Positions 27,201-39,529 of a DNA stretch of 64,000 nucleotides are shown piece by piece (the first letter of the stretch is position 1; each line of letters opens with the position of its first letter). Both the position numbers and the translations under genes were made by a program. The notes under the pieces are model-generated. The model did no database searches, was not told the origin of the DNA, and saw only the letters and a list, made by a program, of their open reading frames with translations. This DNA is from Sphagnum compactum (Eukaryota): contig OZ234493.1 in the NCBI GenBank assembly GCA_965153455.1, positions 3,472,001-3,536,000 on the forward strand, written 5' to 3'.

Positions 27201-28746
27201 AATATGGATGAAGTTGTAATAAAATTAAGATACTTATTTTGAAAAATATGCAATAAACATCAAAAGGACAATTGGATATTTGATTACTTTTCATAGTACT
27301 ACTTGCAAATATATGCACAAGCCAAACATACTACCACGAGTTTTTGGAATTGTGACAAAGAAAATGAAATTGGCTTAACAAACCATTAGATTATCAATGT
27401 CCATTCATTTCTTAGGTTTGGGAAATAAATTAAAGGAATATTAGGTCACTATAAGAACTTCTTTTGACATTTTCCAATAAAACATCTCAAGTTTTTAATT
27501 TAGATCATTTCCATTTGTATACGTAATTGTGAATGAGTCATAATTTTAAAGCTAATCATTAATGGTTTATGTGATGACTCATAGAACCATTAATGAGAAT
27601 TTATGAAAGTATTGGTTCACATGTGATCGAACAGCGGGTCACCGCACAATGGAGCTATATTGTTTCTGATCCTGATTTTTGCAACCATCACTGGTTTGGC
27701 TGCGCATTACTCTCATTTACTGCAGGAATGCATGGCGGCTACTTCTGGAGGACCAAGGAGGCTCATCGCGCGTGAGGAAGACGGCGCGGAATTATGGTTA
27801 GGGGAGGTGCTGCAATTATGATTTGAAACGGTGGAGAGTGCATGGCGGCGGAGGAGCTAGCAATTCAGAGGCTAGGAGAAAAGTTTTGGTGTGGCAGATT
27901 GTGGGAGTGGGACGAGGAGAGCTGCAGAGGAAGTGGGAAGTTTTTTTTTTGGGGAGAGCATGTTGTTGAAGAGGACGAAGGTAGATTGTGCTAGACGATC
28001 ACAGAGATGTGTAGATAGAGGGGTAGATCGGTTGGTCTGGGAGAAGATTGGACTGGTTACAGACTTTTTCCGTTGCGCCAGTAGCCAGCCAAGCAGTTGC
28101 AATTGGCATCAGGAAGCATAGTTTGAGGGAGTAACAGAGTAAGACTAGAAACCAGAGATAGATTGAAGTTGTTTGCATGAGCTGCTAGGATCTGTGAGGA
28201 ATGCTGGGAGGGTGGCCCTCAGCTGTCTGTGCATTTGACGTTTTTGTATATATTCGCACCTTCAATGTTTGCAGTACATAAGCTTCGGGTCAAGGAGTGT
28301 TGTCAGGGTATTGCTGTTGCATTCTGTTGAGGAAACAGGTCTGTGGTCTTGCTGAACATGTGTATGCCAAGAGTCATTGGTTGAAAGGACCAAGTCCTGT
28401 GCGCTGTCCAATTGGTGGCAGATCGGCAGAGATCGAAAGCAATCCGAGTCTGTACATTCTGTGAATAAAATTCAAGTTGTGAGTTCCATGATCGGAGCGG
28501 TGAATGTTTCAAGAATGCAAACTGTGTATGTTTGAAGATCTAGGTGTGCATACAGATTGAGTCTTGAACAGAGTCTGAGAGAGAGAAAAGATCAGGGGCC
28601 GCGATTCAGTTTCGAGACCTCAGAAATTTGAGTTTCGTGAGGATCTGTGTCTTGCGAGGGTGTTCGATTAGATTGTGCACCCTCCTTTTTGGTTACACAC
28701 ATTTGATGAGTCACATGATGAGTCATTAGGTAAGGGTAGGTAAATA

Positions 28747-28997
28747 GTTGGGGAGGTCACTTCCATTTTATTACAAACCACATGCAAAAACATATAGGGT
28801 ACATATTATGAAAAAAATTAAAGATTATAATATATTTAAATGTACGTAGGGTGTCAATAATTCATTTTCAGATTATTTTGAGTATATATTTAATATACAT
28901 AGAATATGCTAAAAAATGCCATTATTTCATAACATACTAGAAAATATCCTTTTGCCTTAGGTGCCTCCTAAAATATACAAGGAATGACCACCCCAAG
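28747..28997. mobile_element. MITE (~250 bp), family shared with 50723-50993
   Basis: Imperfect TIRs ttggggaggtcacttcc / ggaatgaccaccccaa. Internal sequence (cacttccattttatt...ttaggtgc.tc.taaa.tata.aaggaatga) is shared with the second copy. Confidence 0.65.
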
Positions 28998-31740
28998 GGT
29001 AAATAAGGTTTTACAAACTTGCAAGTCAAACTTTTCATGCCTATTATTTAAAGAGGTGTGTGTGATTGTTGTGATTAATTACTTCTATTGGTGAGAATGG
29101 AAAATAGCCTGTAATAGTGGAAAATTATAAAATACATTATTTTATAACTTTGAAATTTGAAAAAAAGATGTAGGATTACTAAAAACTTTAATGCATAATT
29201 GTGATGACATAACATCTAATGATTTGTTACACTATATATAATAAATATGCATGTAAAAATTTTCTTGTGATGTTTTGATTTGGAAGAAATGAACACAAAA
29301 ACACATGGTTAAATGTAAAAAACTACATAATATCGATTCATGAAATGCAATAAAATATTTGAAAAAATATCAAGGGTTTCATGGAATTTTTTTTATATAA
29401 CCTAGCTTTACTAAGTGGTATCATTGGTGATATATTCTTCAATTTTATTTTTTATCTCAAAATATAAAAAATGTAAAAAAATATTCCCTAAATCATGGCA
29501 TTTGAACAAAAGAGGTGTGAAAGTTTCAAAATAAAACCTAATGTGAATTGATTCTTGAAATCTAACTCTTGTCAACCATTTAAGATGTGCAATCATACCA
29601 AAAATGATTAATGTAGTTTTAAACCAAATTAACTTCATTGGCTCATAGCAGTATTACAAATACAAGGTTCTTATACATTTATAGTTTGATTACAATGATT
29701 GTGAAGTCAACTGTCCTTGTTCATAATTATTTATTACATTTATTTTCAGTAAATAAAAAATTAAATGTGTTTGATTTGATTAATTTCAAATGACATTATG
29801 GTCAAAATAATGTGGCTTCTAGTTTCTTTTCACCAATTATTTTGGACCTTCAACATATTACCATCAAAGAAATCAAGGGTCCTTTTACAAAATGGACGTT
29901 ATCTGATATGCAAAATTTGTCCAATTCCAAATGTCTTTGATTTAAACCATAACCTAAAATTAGATTAAATATATCTTCCTACTATGATTTTGCTAACATT
30001 CATATTTCTCATGAAACATATGAAACATTTTTTACCAACAAATCTTTTAATGATCACAAGATAACATTGGCAAACCTTAAACATGATGAACAAAAGATGG
30101 ACTTGCAACTGGAAAAGGAGGACACCTTTAGAGGAAATGCCCACACCATGCTTTTGCTATCACCTCTTGTTGATGCATTCGGAACTTGACACCATGTACT
30201 GACACCATGCTCCAATCAACAACACTCTCAATGTGCCCAAAGTTCCAAGAAAGGTCTCTGACATCCAAACAAAGATACAACTCAAAGTCCAGCACACAAT
30301 TTATCAAAACAAAAAGTAACAAGCACCTTTCCTCTTCCAGCCTCTACAACAAACCTTATGTTTGAAGAGTATTAGTTACATTGCATAATCTGCTTCCATG
30401 TCTGAACTCAGAATAGTACTTTTGACACTGAATACTGAGCAAAGCAAGGTCAAGGTTTGTCCATTGTCCGATAATTGCAAAGATGTGCAAAGCATGCATC
30501 TTATATTTCTGAAAGATTGGTATGCTTCAAAATGGAACAGTGAGTATGCCACTGAATACTCCTATTTCAAATCAAGATACACAGTTTGGAATGTTCCTAT
30601 TTCAAACTCCAGCAATGCAGCAAGTTTGAGTCTGCACAATGATCCCACTGATGAGTTCAGATTTGATGACCAGTTTGTGCTCTACAGGTTCTAAGACTGT
30701 TGACAACAGACTTGGCCTTGAGCACGTTTTAGTTTACCATGAGACTGATGTCAGGCCAGGAAAACAATGACAATGTTATCTGGAAGCCACCTTTGTAATT
30801 CAACTCTGCAAAATAAGCTTCATGAAAACATGTAAACTCCTCTAACTAGAACCAGAATTTCTTTGGCCCTAGGTTTCAAGATATCTATCAATGCATGTAT
30901 AACTTCAACTAGAAATTCTGTTGCATCAGCACGCTGTATTTTTATTTCCTAGTTCTGGACTCTTGAAAGATTTGTTGGGTTGCATGAGGCATTTCCAAAG
31001 GGCTTCCCTCAAGGCCATGGATCTTGAGCTTTTACATACTAACTTGGGCTCAAACAAAGCAGCATGCAATTTTCACAGTAAAATCTCCACATAATGCCAG
31101 AAATGGAGGAATCATGACTCAGCCTTACATGCAGCTTCAAACATTCATAAACTCACACCTTCTTTCTCTTTGAGTGCAAAGAAAGGAGTCTGTAATTCCA
31201 AATGTTTACAGAGCTTGAGAACGCTCTTTGTAGATCACTGCATTAGGGACCTTGTCCAACTAATCTTGAGGAAATCTCCAACACTTGGAACATTCTACAA
31301 CTGCAAGCATGCTGCTGTGGTGAACTAGGGTTCCAATGCAGCCCAGAAACTGCATGCAGGGTTCTTGAGGTTCATATACTTTTCTCAACTCTAGATTTGG
31401 ACACACCTTCAACATCCATCTGTCTCACCTCCCTGATGCTCTGGAAAGGTCCTCAAGATGAGCACTGATATGAGGATTTTCATTCTGCATCTGACACCAA
31501 TTTACACAGCTTCTGGGCATTACAGTCCAACCAATCCTTCAAACTTAACTTGAAGCATCTTCTTTCCTTGCATTTGCAATGCAGCAATCAAAGTCAACCC
31601 ACACATATAGTATCTCACAGGTGCATATTCACATCAATGCTCGCAGCATAGTAGTGCAACATGTTTATGAGAGCGCAATCAATCTGTAAGCTGTTGGAAA
31701 GGGTTGGGAGAGGAAAGGGAATCCAGAGGAATTTTCTGAC

Positions 31741-32268
31741 CTACTGATCCTTGTTCTTGGCTGCATGAGCTCGATGTTTGAGTTCAGCTCTCTTCCACTT
31801 CACCATGAGGGAAGTCATGGTGCGCAAGCTGTTGACCAGGATGAGAGTAGAAACCACAAGCAAGGGTCCTGACCAAACTACCGAGAGAAAGACACCATGG
31901 GAGTCGAAGTAGGGTTGCCTTGCAAAGCTCTTCCAATGCCTGTGGAGATATGTGTTCAACCTCTCTGCGAAATACACACCAAAGAGCACGGAGAAGAAAA
32001 TGCCCATTTGCACATTGCTCCGCTTCCTGCTGGCCACTGCAAACACCAGCAGTACAACATGGAATAGAATCAGGCCTATCAGCCACGGCTCTGTCCAATC
32101 GACTGCATGAACGAATGCCAGGATCGGGTCAAAGAAGCCGCCTCCTCCTCCTCCTCCTGCTGTTTCTGCTGTGGCTTGGCTCCACTGCTTCCGGAGTTCC
32201 TCTGTCAGACCTTCGACCATCGATGCCATTTGGTCCATGCTCGACGCAAAGGATGCCGCTACGTCCAT
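31741..32268 (-). CDS. TMEM18: Transmembrane protein 18 homolog (175 aa, single exon)
   Basis: Motifs AVDWTEPWLIGL, YFAERLN, WKSFARQPYFDSHGVFLSVVWSGPLL and MVKWKRAELKHRA are characteristic of the TMEM18 family. The first true ATG is at 32268; the ORF-track start is a TTG. Confidence 0.92.
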   Translation of the reverse strand: MDVAASFASSMDQMASMVEGLTEELRKQWSQATAETAGGGGGGGFFDPILAFVHAVDWTEPWLIGLILFHVVLLVFAVASRKRSNVQMGIFFSVLFGVYFAERLNTYLHRHWKSFARQPYFDSHGVFLSVVWSGPLLVVSTLILVNSLRTMTSLMVKWKRAELKHRAHAAKNKDQ

Positions 32269-32550
32269 CTTCAAAAGCTCTCCCAACGAGTTGAAAAGAT
32301 TAAGCAGGTTCTGATCTCCTTCTCTATTCCAATCAGAACTTGCTGCAGTTACGCATCGATGTCATATCACAAGAACTCAATCAGAGAGAAAAGATCCAGC
32401 ACATAAGTACATCCCAAACACCCACTCTTCGACAATTGCACTACTGCAGACTTCATGACACAATCTCGCTCCAACTGCAAGTCTTCTTCCTTAAGAGAGA
32501 AAAACATCGTGCGTGTAGATCATGGCTTTTAGGGTCAACGATCGTGTGTG

Positions 32551-32626
32551 AAACCCTACGCGCTTAGGGTTTTGGGGAAACCCTATACGCTTAGGGTTTT
32601 CCGGAACGCCTGTGCGCTTAGGGTTT
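32551..32626. promoter_or_regulatory. Three tandem telo-box (TTAGGGTTT) units in a bidirectional promoter region
   Basis: aaaccctacgcgcttagggttt, aaaccctatacgcttagggttt and gaacgcctgtgcgcttagggttt at ~27-bp spacing, between the divergent TMEM18 and AspRS ATGs. Confidence 0.7.
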
Positions 32627-32744
32627 ATGCGCTTTGCCTTTCCTGCGCTATCTTCAAGTGGCTTGATCTTCTCAAGGAAGCAGACTCTTCTATGCACTTG
32701 GAGAAGCGGGAAGACATACTTCTGGCCCCCTTTATTTTTTCACG

Positions 32745-35700
32745 ATGTCTGCTACCATGGAGGAAAGCAATCCACCACTGAGCAAGAAAGCTGCAGCAAA
32801 AGCAGCAAAGAAAGCTGAGAAGACCCTCAACAAGCAAATGGCAGCTGCTGCCCTGGATGTAGAAGATGATGATCCTCTGGCTGCGAACTATGGCGACGTA
32901 AGCTTCCAGAGTTTGCAGAGCAAGGAGATTTCAGGACGCAAATGGGTGGCAGTGAGGTTACTGGATACTGGGATGAAGGGGCAGACTGTTCTGGTCCGAG
33001 GAAGAGTTCACACGGTGCGAGGAACAGGCAAGATGGCGTTCTTGGTGGTGCGAGAAGCAGGATGCACAGTGCAGTGTGTGCTGTCTGTGGCGGAGAATAT
33101 TGTGAGCAAGGGGATGGTGAAATATGTCAACAAGATCAGCAAGGAGTCAATAGTGGATGTTGAAGGCATTGTTTCCGTTCCGGAAAAGCCTATCGAGGGC
33201 ACGTCCCAAAAGGTCTGGCATCTCACGGTTGCATTGAATAAACAAAGTTTCAGAAACAAACACAAAGGCTATGGATTGAAACAAAACTGTTACTCGCTCT
33301 TTTACATTGAGTGTGACTTGGATTTACAGGTGGAGATCCAAGCGAGGAAGGTGTATTGCATCAGCAAGGCAGCGGCTCAGCTGCCGCTGAACCTGGAAGA
33401 TGCAGCCCGGAGTGAGCGAGATTTTGAAAAAGCTGAGAAAGATCCACAGGTCTGGCAGTATTTTGAGATTGTGAGAATTGAAGCAGCAGTTGGGGATTGA
33501 GAGAGTTCAGAGTTGAAGACCATGTGCAGTCGAGGAAGGGCTTTTTGGAAATTGAGCTTTTTATGTGTTTTGGTTCTGCTCTTGTTGAACACCTGAACAT
33601 ATTCACTTTTTTTCTTTGGGATATTGAGCAGCAAGGAGTTCAGTTTGTGAGAGTAGGACAAGACACAAGGCTCAACAACAGGGTATTGGACCTACGCACT
33701 CCTGCCAACCAAGCCATCTTTCGCATCCAGTCACAAGTGTCTACAGTGAGTAAACTCCCTTGGTTTTTTAAGCAATTGTGTCAATGTACATCATGTTGGT
33801 GCCATGATTGCTGTTGTAACATTTCTGTTTATCTCATCTCCAACACAAGCTCTCTGGTCAAAGCTAAGATGTGGATTGGAGTGGAAAACAGCTCTTCCGA
33901 CAGTTCCTGCTGGCAGAGGACTTTGTGGAGCTTCACACACCAAAGTTGTTAGCTGGGGCAAGTGAGGGTGGCTCGTCAGTCTTCAAGCTTGACTACAAGG
34001 GGCAGCCAGCATGCTTGGCACAATCCCCCCAACTGCACAAGCAAATGGGCATTTGTGCTGATTTTGGTCGTGTGTTTGAGATTGGGCCTGTGTTCCGTGC
34101 TGAAAATTCCTTCACACATAGACATCTGTGTGAGTTTACTGGGCTTGATTTTGAAATGGAGATTAAGGAGCACTATTTTGAGGTGAACATTCCCTCTCCC
34201 CTTGCATGCATCTTCGATAAGGCTATAACCACACTTATTCTTTTGGTCTTGCTGGAACAATGGCTGCCTTCAAAGTGTTATTCTGGAGTTTCCTCTGCAC
34301 TCTAAGATTTATATGCATCCAACTTCCACATCCCTTTTGCCTTTCTATTGGTGTCTTAATCGTTTTTTTGCTGCCACTTTGCAATGTCAAATGCTAAATT
34401 ATGTCTACTGGCAGGTGCTTGACGTGTTGGAGGCTGTCTTTGTGGCCATTTTCGATGGCATAAATGAAAAATGTGTGAAGCACTTGGAGGCAATTAATGC
34501 ACAGTATCCATTTGAGCCCCTTCAGGTGGGAGTTCTTTTTATGTGCCTTTTAAGGGTCCTCATCTACACAGCATAGTTTTTCTGTATAAATATGCACAAA
34601 GGTTTCTGCCTCTTTTAACCTGGATGCAATGAGAATTTCAAGGGGGTGTTCTTTTTTGAGTCTGAGCATGTCTGAGTTCTGGGCTTTCTTGCAGGGCTCT
34701 GTAGCTCTGGAACAGTAGAGGATGATGATGTGGTTGTGTGGTTGGCTGACAGTATCTGCGTAAGACACTCCGGCTCACGTTTGCTGAGGGTGTCAAACTT
34801 CTCGAGGTTAGCAAAAGAAGACCTACAAAAGTTTGCTCAAAGTTAGGTACTAAGAAGCTTGATATGTTGGATGCTTACTGTATGGGCAATAGTATCAAGT
34901 GTGGGCTCTGAGTGTCTTGTATTGACTACTTTCAGGAAGCAGGTATCATTGTAGATCCTATGGCAGATTTCAACACAGAAACAGAGAGAGAACTGGGGAG
35001 GATCGTCAAAGAAAAGTAAGTTCCTTCATCACAAGTTTGTCTTCGCTGAAATCAGTTGGTATTTAGGAAACACTAGTGTCTTTCAGGATACACCACTGTA
35101 TTGTACACCAGTTGTGGTAAATAGACTCGCTATTGGGACAGATTCAAAACCGATTTCTATGTGCTCCACCGTTACCCAGCAGCTATCCGACCCTTTTACA
35201 CCATGCCCTGCTGGGATGACCCACGGTACAGCAATTCATTTGATGTCTTTATTCGAGGTAATGAAAGTGCTTACCACAATGCTCCCTCACTCCTTGCTTC
35301 CTTGGTAGTTTGAACTCATTTAGTCCGTTGCTCATTTTCAACAGGATTTTCAACAGAAACAGAGAGTGCTTGATGATGCTGTCTTTTTATTGATCATTCA
35401 CTTTGTATACTGGAGCAGGGGAGGAGATTATTTCAGGTGCCCAGCGTGTACATGATCCAGACTTGCTTACCAAGCGAGCAATCGAGTGTGGTATCGAGGT
35501 TAACACACTGTCCACTTACATTGACTCCTTCAGGTGACACAACTTTTCTTTGATGGGTTTGTAGTAGAGAAGATGCCCCTGGGGTGTATTTCCTGGCATA
35601 AAGGATCATAGGTAGGTATGAAACAACAGTAGAGATAGGTAGGATAAGAGAATGAGCAGTGGCATAGGTAGGAAATGATTGACTAAGCTGCCATTTGCTA

Positions 35701-36093
35701 ATTCTGTCATTTAAGACACCTGAGAAACCTGCAGAATAGCCTATGATCCTTCATGTAGGCAATATCTCTTGTACAGATAGAGTGATGTTGAAAGCATTTG
35801 AGCTACTTGTAGATGCTTGCAGAAATTGTGGAGCTCAATGGGGGAGCTCAACTGCAAAGCTCAATTAACTGAGCTGTCCTTATTCTGTTCTATTATGAGT
35901 TAGAAATTGGGTACTATGAGAATTATAGCTGAGGGAAAAATGTGTTTCTCTTGCTGGAGCTCTCAGGTGGGGAGCGGTTCCACATGGAGGAGCTGGAGTG
36001 GGACTAGAGCGTGTGGTGATGCTCTTCTGTGCACTGAACAACATTCGCAAGACATCACTATTCCCACGTGACCCACAGCGCCTTGCCCCTTGA
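32745..36093 (+). CDS. AspRS: Cytosolic aspartate--tRNA ligase, 10 exons: 32745-33212, 33330-33449, 33632-33745, 33892-34182, 34415-34525, 34753-34806, 34936-35015, 35142-35257, 35419-35533, 35967-36093
   Basis: OB-fold ([23 protein letters not shown]), [96 protein letters not shown]...[11 protein letters not shown]. All introns are GT-AG and frame-consistent. Confidence 0.96.
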
Positions 36094-37025
36094 AGAAATG
36101 ATTTTTTGGGGAGGAATTGGAGGATTTACATTAAGCCAGCATTCATAACTGAGTAGACAAGGTCTGAGGTTATTTCGGGGTTTCTGCTCTCTGAACACCA
36201 GAAACAAACAATATAGCTTATTGCAGGCTTCTTTTGCTGCTTTTCCTATGAACCTTGTTTGCTCACAATGAAAACCAAGGTAACAAAATGCATTCCTTGA
36301 AGATGTTTCATTTCAAATGGTTGCATTTGTTGATACATTCAACGCAGTGGAGCCATGAAGGTTGAAGGATTCAAATTGGAGGAGGGTAGACTATCTAATA
36401 TTTTAGTGATGGAAAATGGCAAACATACAAATTCCAAGGTTTGATGCTTGGGATTGTGGCACATACCAAGAATGGGTGTCCTGCAATTGCACATTTATTC
36501 AAGGTAAGGTATGAAGTTTTCAGCCTGACTAGGCATTTTTTTGGTTGCTGTGTGTGGTTATGCTTGAACCCACAAGAGGGGAAAGTTATAGAAGACACCA
36601 GAGGTGCCAGAATGATTTGAGTGTATATCATCAAGAACAAAACAAGGTGGACTGTCATTCGAAAAGTTTCACACCTGACTTTTTTTATTTGCTTCAATCC
36701 CATCTCCTGTAAAAGAGAACAAGTAGACCAATTGCAACTGAAGCAAATGAAAAAAGAGAACAAGTACACTATGCAGTGGATTGGGGAGAGGACAGAAAGG
36801 AGTCAAGTGAGAGTCTTTGACATCTCAAGATGAGCAAGCAACCTTCAGGTCTCTCGCTCATCCCATGTAGTCACCCCTTCAGGTACATGGGGATATTGTG
36901 TAATATGAATGCCATAGCATCCACTGGACCATGTTCTTCACAAATCTCTTACATTCTGGGCACAACAATCACAGGAACCAGTTGGAAATTTTTGGCATAA
37001 TTGTCACTCGCATGCTAGTTTCTAA

Positions 37026-37119
37026 CTAGAGTAATGTTGCTTGAACCTCTGGAGAGACCAATGAAAGGTGTATCTAGAGTAATGTTGCTTGAAACTCTGG
37101 AGAAACCAATGAAAGGTGT
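37026..37119. repeat. Two-copy tandem duplication (~48 bp)
   Basis: ctagagtaatgttgcttgaa.ctctggaga.accaatgaaaggtgt occurs twice. Confidence 0.85.
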
Positions 37120-37833
37120 GGACACACAAACCCAAACTAAAAGCTCCACAAGTGGCCAGCACACTGCTTTACAGGATTGCAGAGCACATTGAAGTTTGAT
37201 GTTGCAGCAGGAAAAGTGTGAATGGCAATTATTTCAACTATTCTCCTCATTGTTGAGAAGGATCAACAGTCCTGCACCACAGAAGAAGAGAGACATGATA
37301 CCCAGGACAATACTCTCAAAAATATTGGATCTGTTGCAAGTATCAGTTGCAACTGTGGAAACTGCATTGCAGGTTCCAAGGTATTAGATGAACAGACCAA
37401 AATGCACAGAAAACACGCAGTTTACCTTGAGAAGAGCTTAACAATACAAGGACCCAAAAAAGAATCTCCTTACACAAAGAAATCAGGTACACCTTGTGAA
37501 TGTTGCTTGACCAAAATCAAAACAGAGGAAGCGGTTGGCAGTGCCATCTATTCAAATCAAAACAGAGACAAGATTTACAAAACAAATTTTCCTGAGCAAT
37601 TCAGGAGATAAAAAACTAATCCCAACCTTCCTCTCCTGAAACAAAGCAGAAAAATGCTTGTACAGAGGTGACTCCACAAAGCATCTCAAGAGGTAACTGG
37701 CTCCTAAACTACATGTGAGAAACCTTCAGTTAACCAAGGTATTCATATGACCGTGCATGGAAGACAGTGTCGAACGGAAAAGATGATGGCTAAAAGGTTC
37801 ACTATCACAGCTGTGAGTTTGCAGCTTCCAGTT

Positions 37834-39529
37834 TTAGTCTTCTAAATCTTCATCCTCCTGTACAACAACATCTAGTTAGTGACAAAGTAAGCAAGATTGA
37901 TAACATTAACCAGATACCAATTGTCAGCAACCAAAACATTGTGAAGCATAGAAAATGTAACAGGAAACAGGTACCTACATCTTCATCATCCTCATCATCA
38001 TTGATCTCTGATTTGGACTTATCAGATTCTTCAGCAGTAGCATCATCCTCATCATTGTCCTCCTGCATTCAATGTATCAAGGACACACTTACTTCCTCAG
38101 CAGCCGCAAACACACCTACCCCAAAAGTCAACCCATGAACATATGAAGCACTCATACCTGCTTTTTCTTGTAAGCTGCAAGGGTCTTCACATATTCTGTC
38201 TTTTTCTGCGTAGCCTTGTTGATGTACGGCAACTTCTCCTGTAAAAAGGAATGGTGACATCAGGTACCTTACCTTGCAGCTGAAAGAAATTGAGATGAAA
38301 GACAGCAGACTCACAAAAAACAGTGGAAAAGAGACTCACAGCATCAGTCATGTCTTTCCACTTTTCTCCTCCAGCCTTGCCAACCTGGACAAAAAATCAG
38401 CAGTTAGAGAGCGCACAGCAACCACACATCTATACCCAAAAGGGAAACAAGCAGTGACAAGTTGAAAGATGATGTCAAAAGAAAAATAAACAGGGAAGAA
38501 GAGACAGTTGAGCTGACTAGCTGCCAAGAGATTCTACTAAAGCCAAGTGATTGAAATTCTGAGAAGCAGCAGTAGAAGCAGATCCAAGAGCTTACCATTG
38601 TTACACCCTTCACATCAGGGTGCTCCTCTTTGAAAGACTTTCGGAATTCATTACTGAACCCACAAAACCAGGAAGAAAGGAAGTGTATTAGCAGCAACAT
38701 TCAAGTTCTGTACAACATGCTCAAAGCTTCAGTTATAAGAGCAGCTCCAGCAGCGCTCACTATGTGACCCTCCAAAAATATTTCTAACACCCAAGTTTAG
38801 CCATTTACTTTTTTCCAACCCCACCTATAAAACTAAAACTAAGACTGCAAATAGGTGGGAGACCACTACCAGCAACCCACCTGAACCAATCAAAACTATC
38901 TAGCCAATCAACAGCAGGTGTCGGGAGCTTTGCTATGTCTTTTACCAGCCTCAGCATCCTGTGCAAAAATGCTGGGCCAAAACCATTTTACGGAGACAAA
39001 CCAACACGTTTTGACTTTTCTTAATCCAATTTTCTTTTGCAAGGCCACATACTGAGCAGCAGTGGAGCTGTTATAACATTACCTTGCAGAGACAGATTGA
39101 GTATGACGCACTTACAGAAACAGGAAGAAAGCTGTAGGTGGCCGCTTTGGAGCGTTGGGATCCTTTGCTGCTTTAGCTGCCTTCTTTGATCCTCTTGGCT
39201 TCTTTGCCTTCGCTTCTTTCAAAGCACCTTTCCTCTTCTTGATGTCTCTGTGAAGCCACGTTCCAGTAACCAGAGAAGACCGTTAAGACCGCACAATACA
39301 TATTACAAACAAAACGACGACCTTGGAAATGCCCTCCGAAGAGGAAAACCTGAGAAGTTATGTCGGGCAGCACCGCCTCTTCTGCATTCACACCAGATTG
39401 CAGAACGGGAGATGCACACACTGAAAACGAACGACGTAGAGAAAAAGCTACTTACTTTTCCTCCACTTTCCGTGTCTTGTCGTTAACCATACTTTTTGCA
39501 TCTCTAGCCGCTCCTTTCTTGCTATTCAT
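37834..39529 (-). CDS. HMGB: HMGB-type high mobility group protein, coding exons 39529-39456, 39247-39116, 38653-38596, 38384-38340, 38238-38158, 38062-37979, 37857-37834
   Basis: Basic N-terminus, HMG box (KDPNAPKRPPTAFFLFLNEFRKSFKEEHPDVKGVTMVGKAGGEKWKDMTDAEKLPY...KKTEYVKTLAAYKKKQ) and acidic tail (EESDKSKSEINDDEDDEDEDEDLED*). GT-AG introns are phase-consistent. Confidence 0.94.
38739..39073. mobile_element. PIF/Harbinger (Tourist-like) MITE in an HMGB intron
   Basis: TIRs gagcagctccagcagcgctcactatgtgacc / ggccacatactgagcagcagtggagctgtta, flanked by TAA on both sides. Confidence 0.7.

Noticed and set aside
24500..27500. Possible decayed transposon coding region (likewise 51900-53300)
   Set aside because: Looks like old TE-derived DNA, but no diagnostic motif or termini could be read, so no family call was made.
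38268..38279. Microexon (AG-CTGCAAG-GTAAG) in an HMGB intron
   Set aside because: The downstream intron would be only ~34 nt, inclusion breaks the frame, and the HMG box is complete without it.
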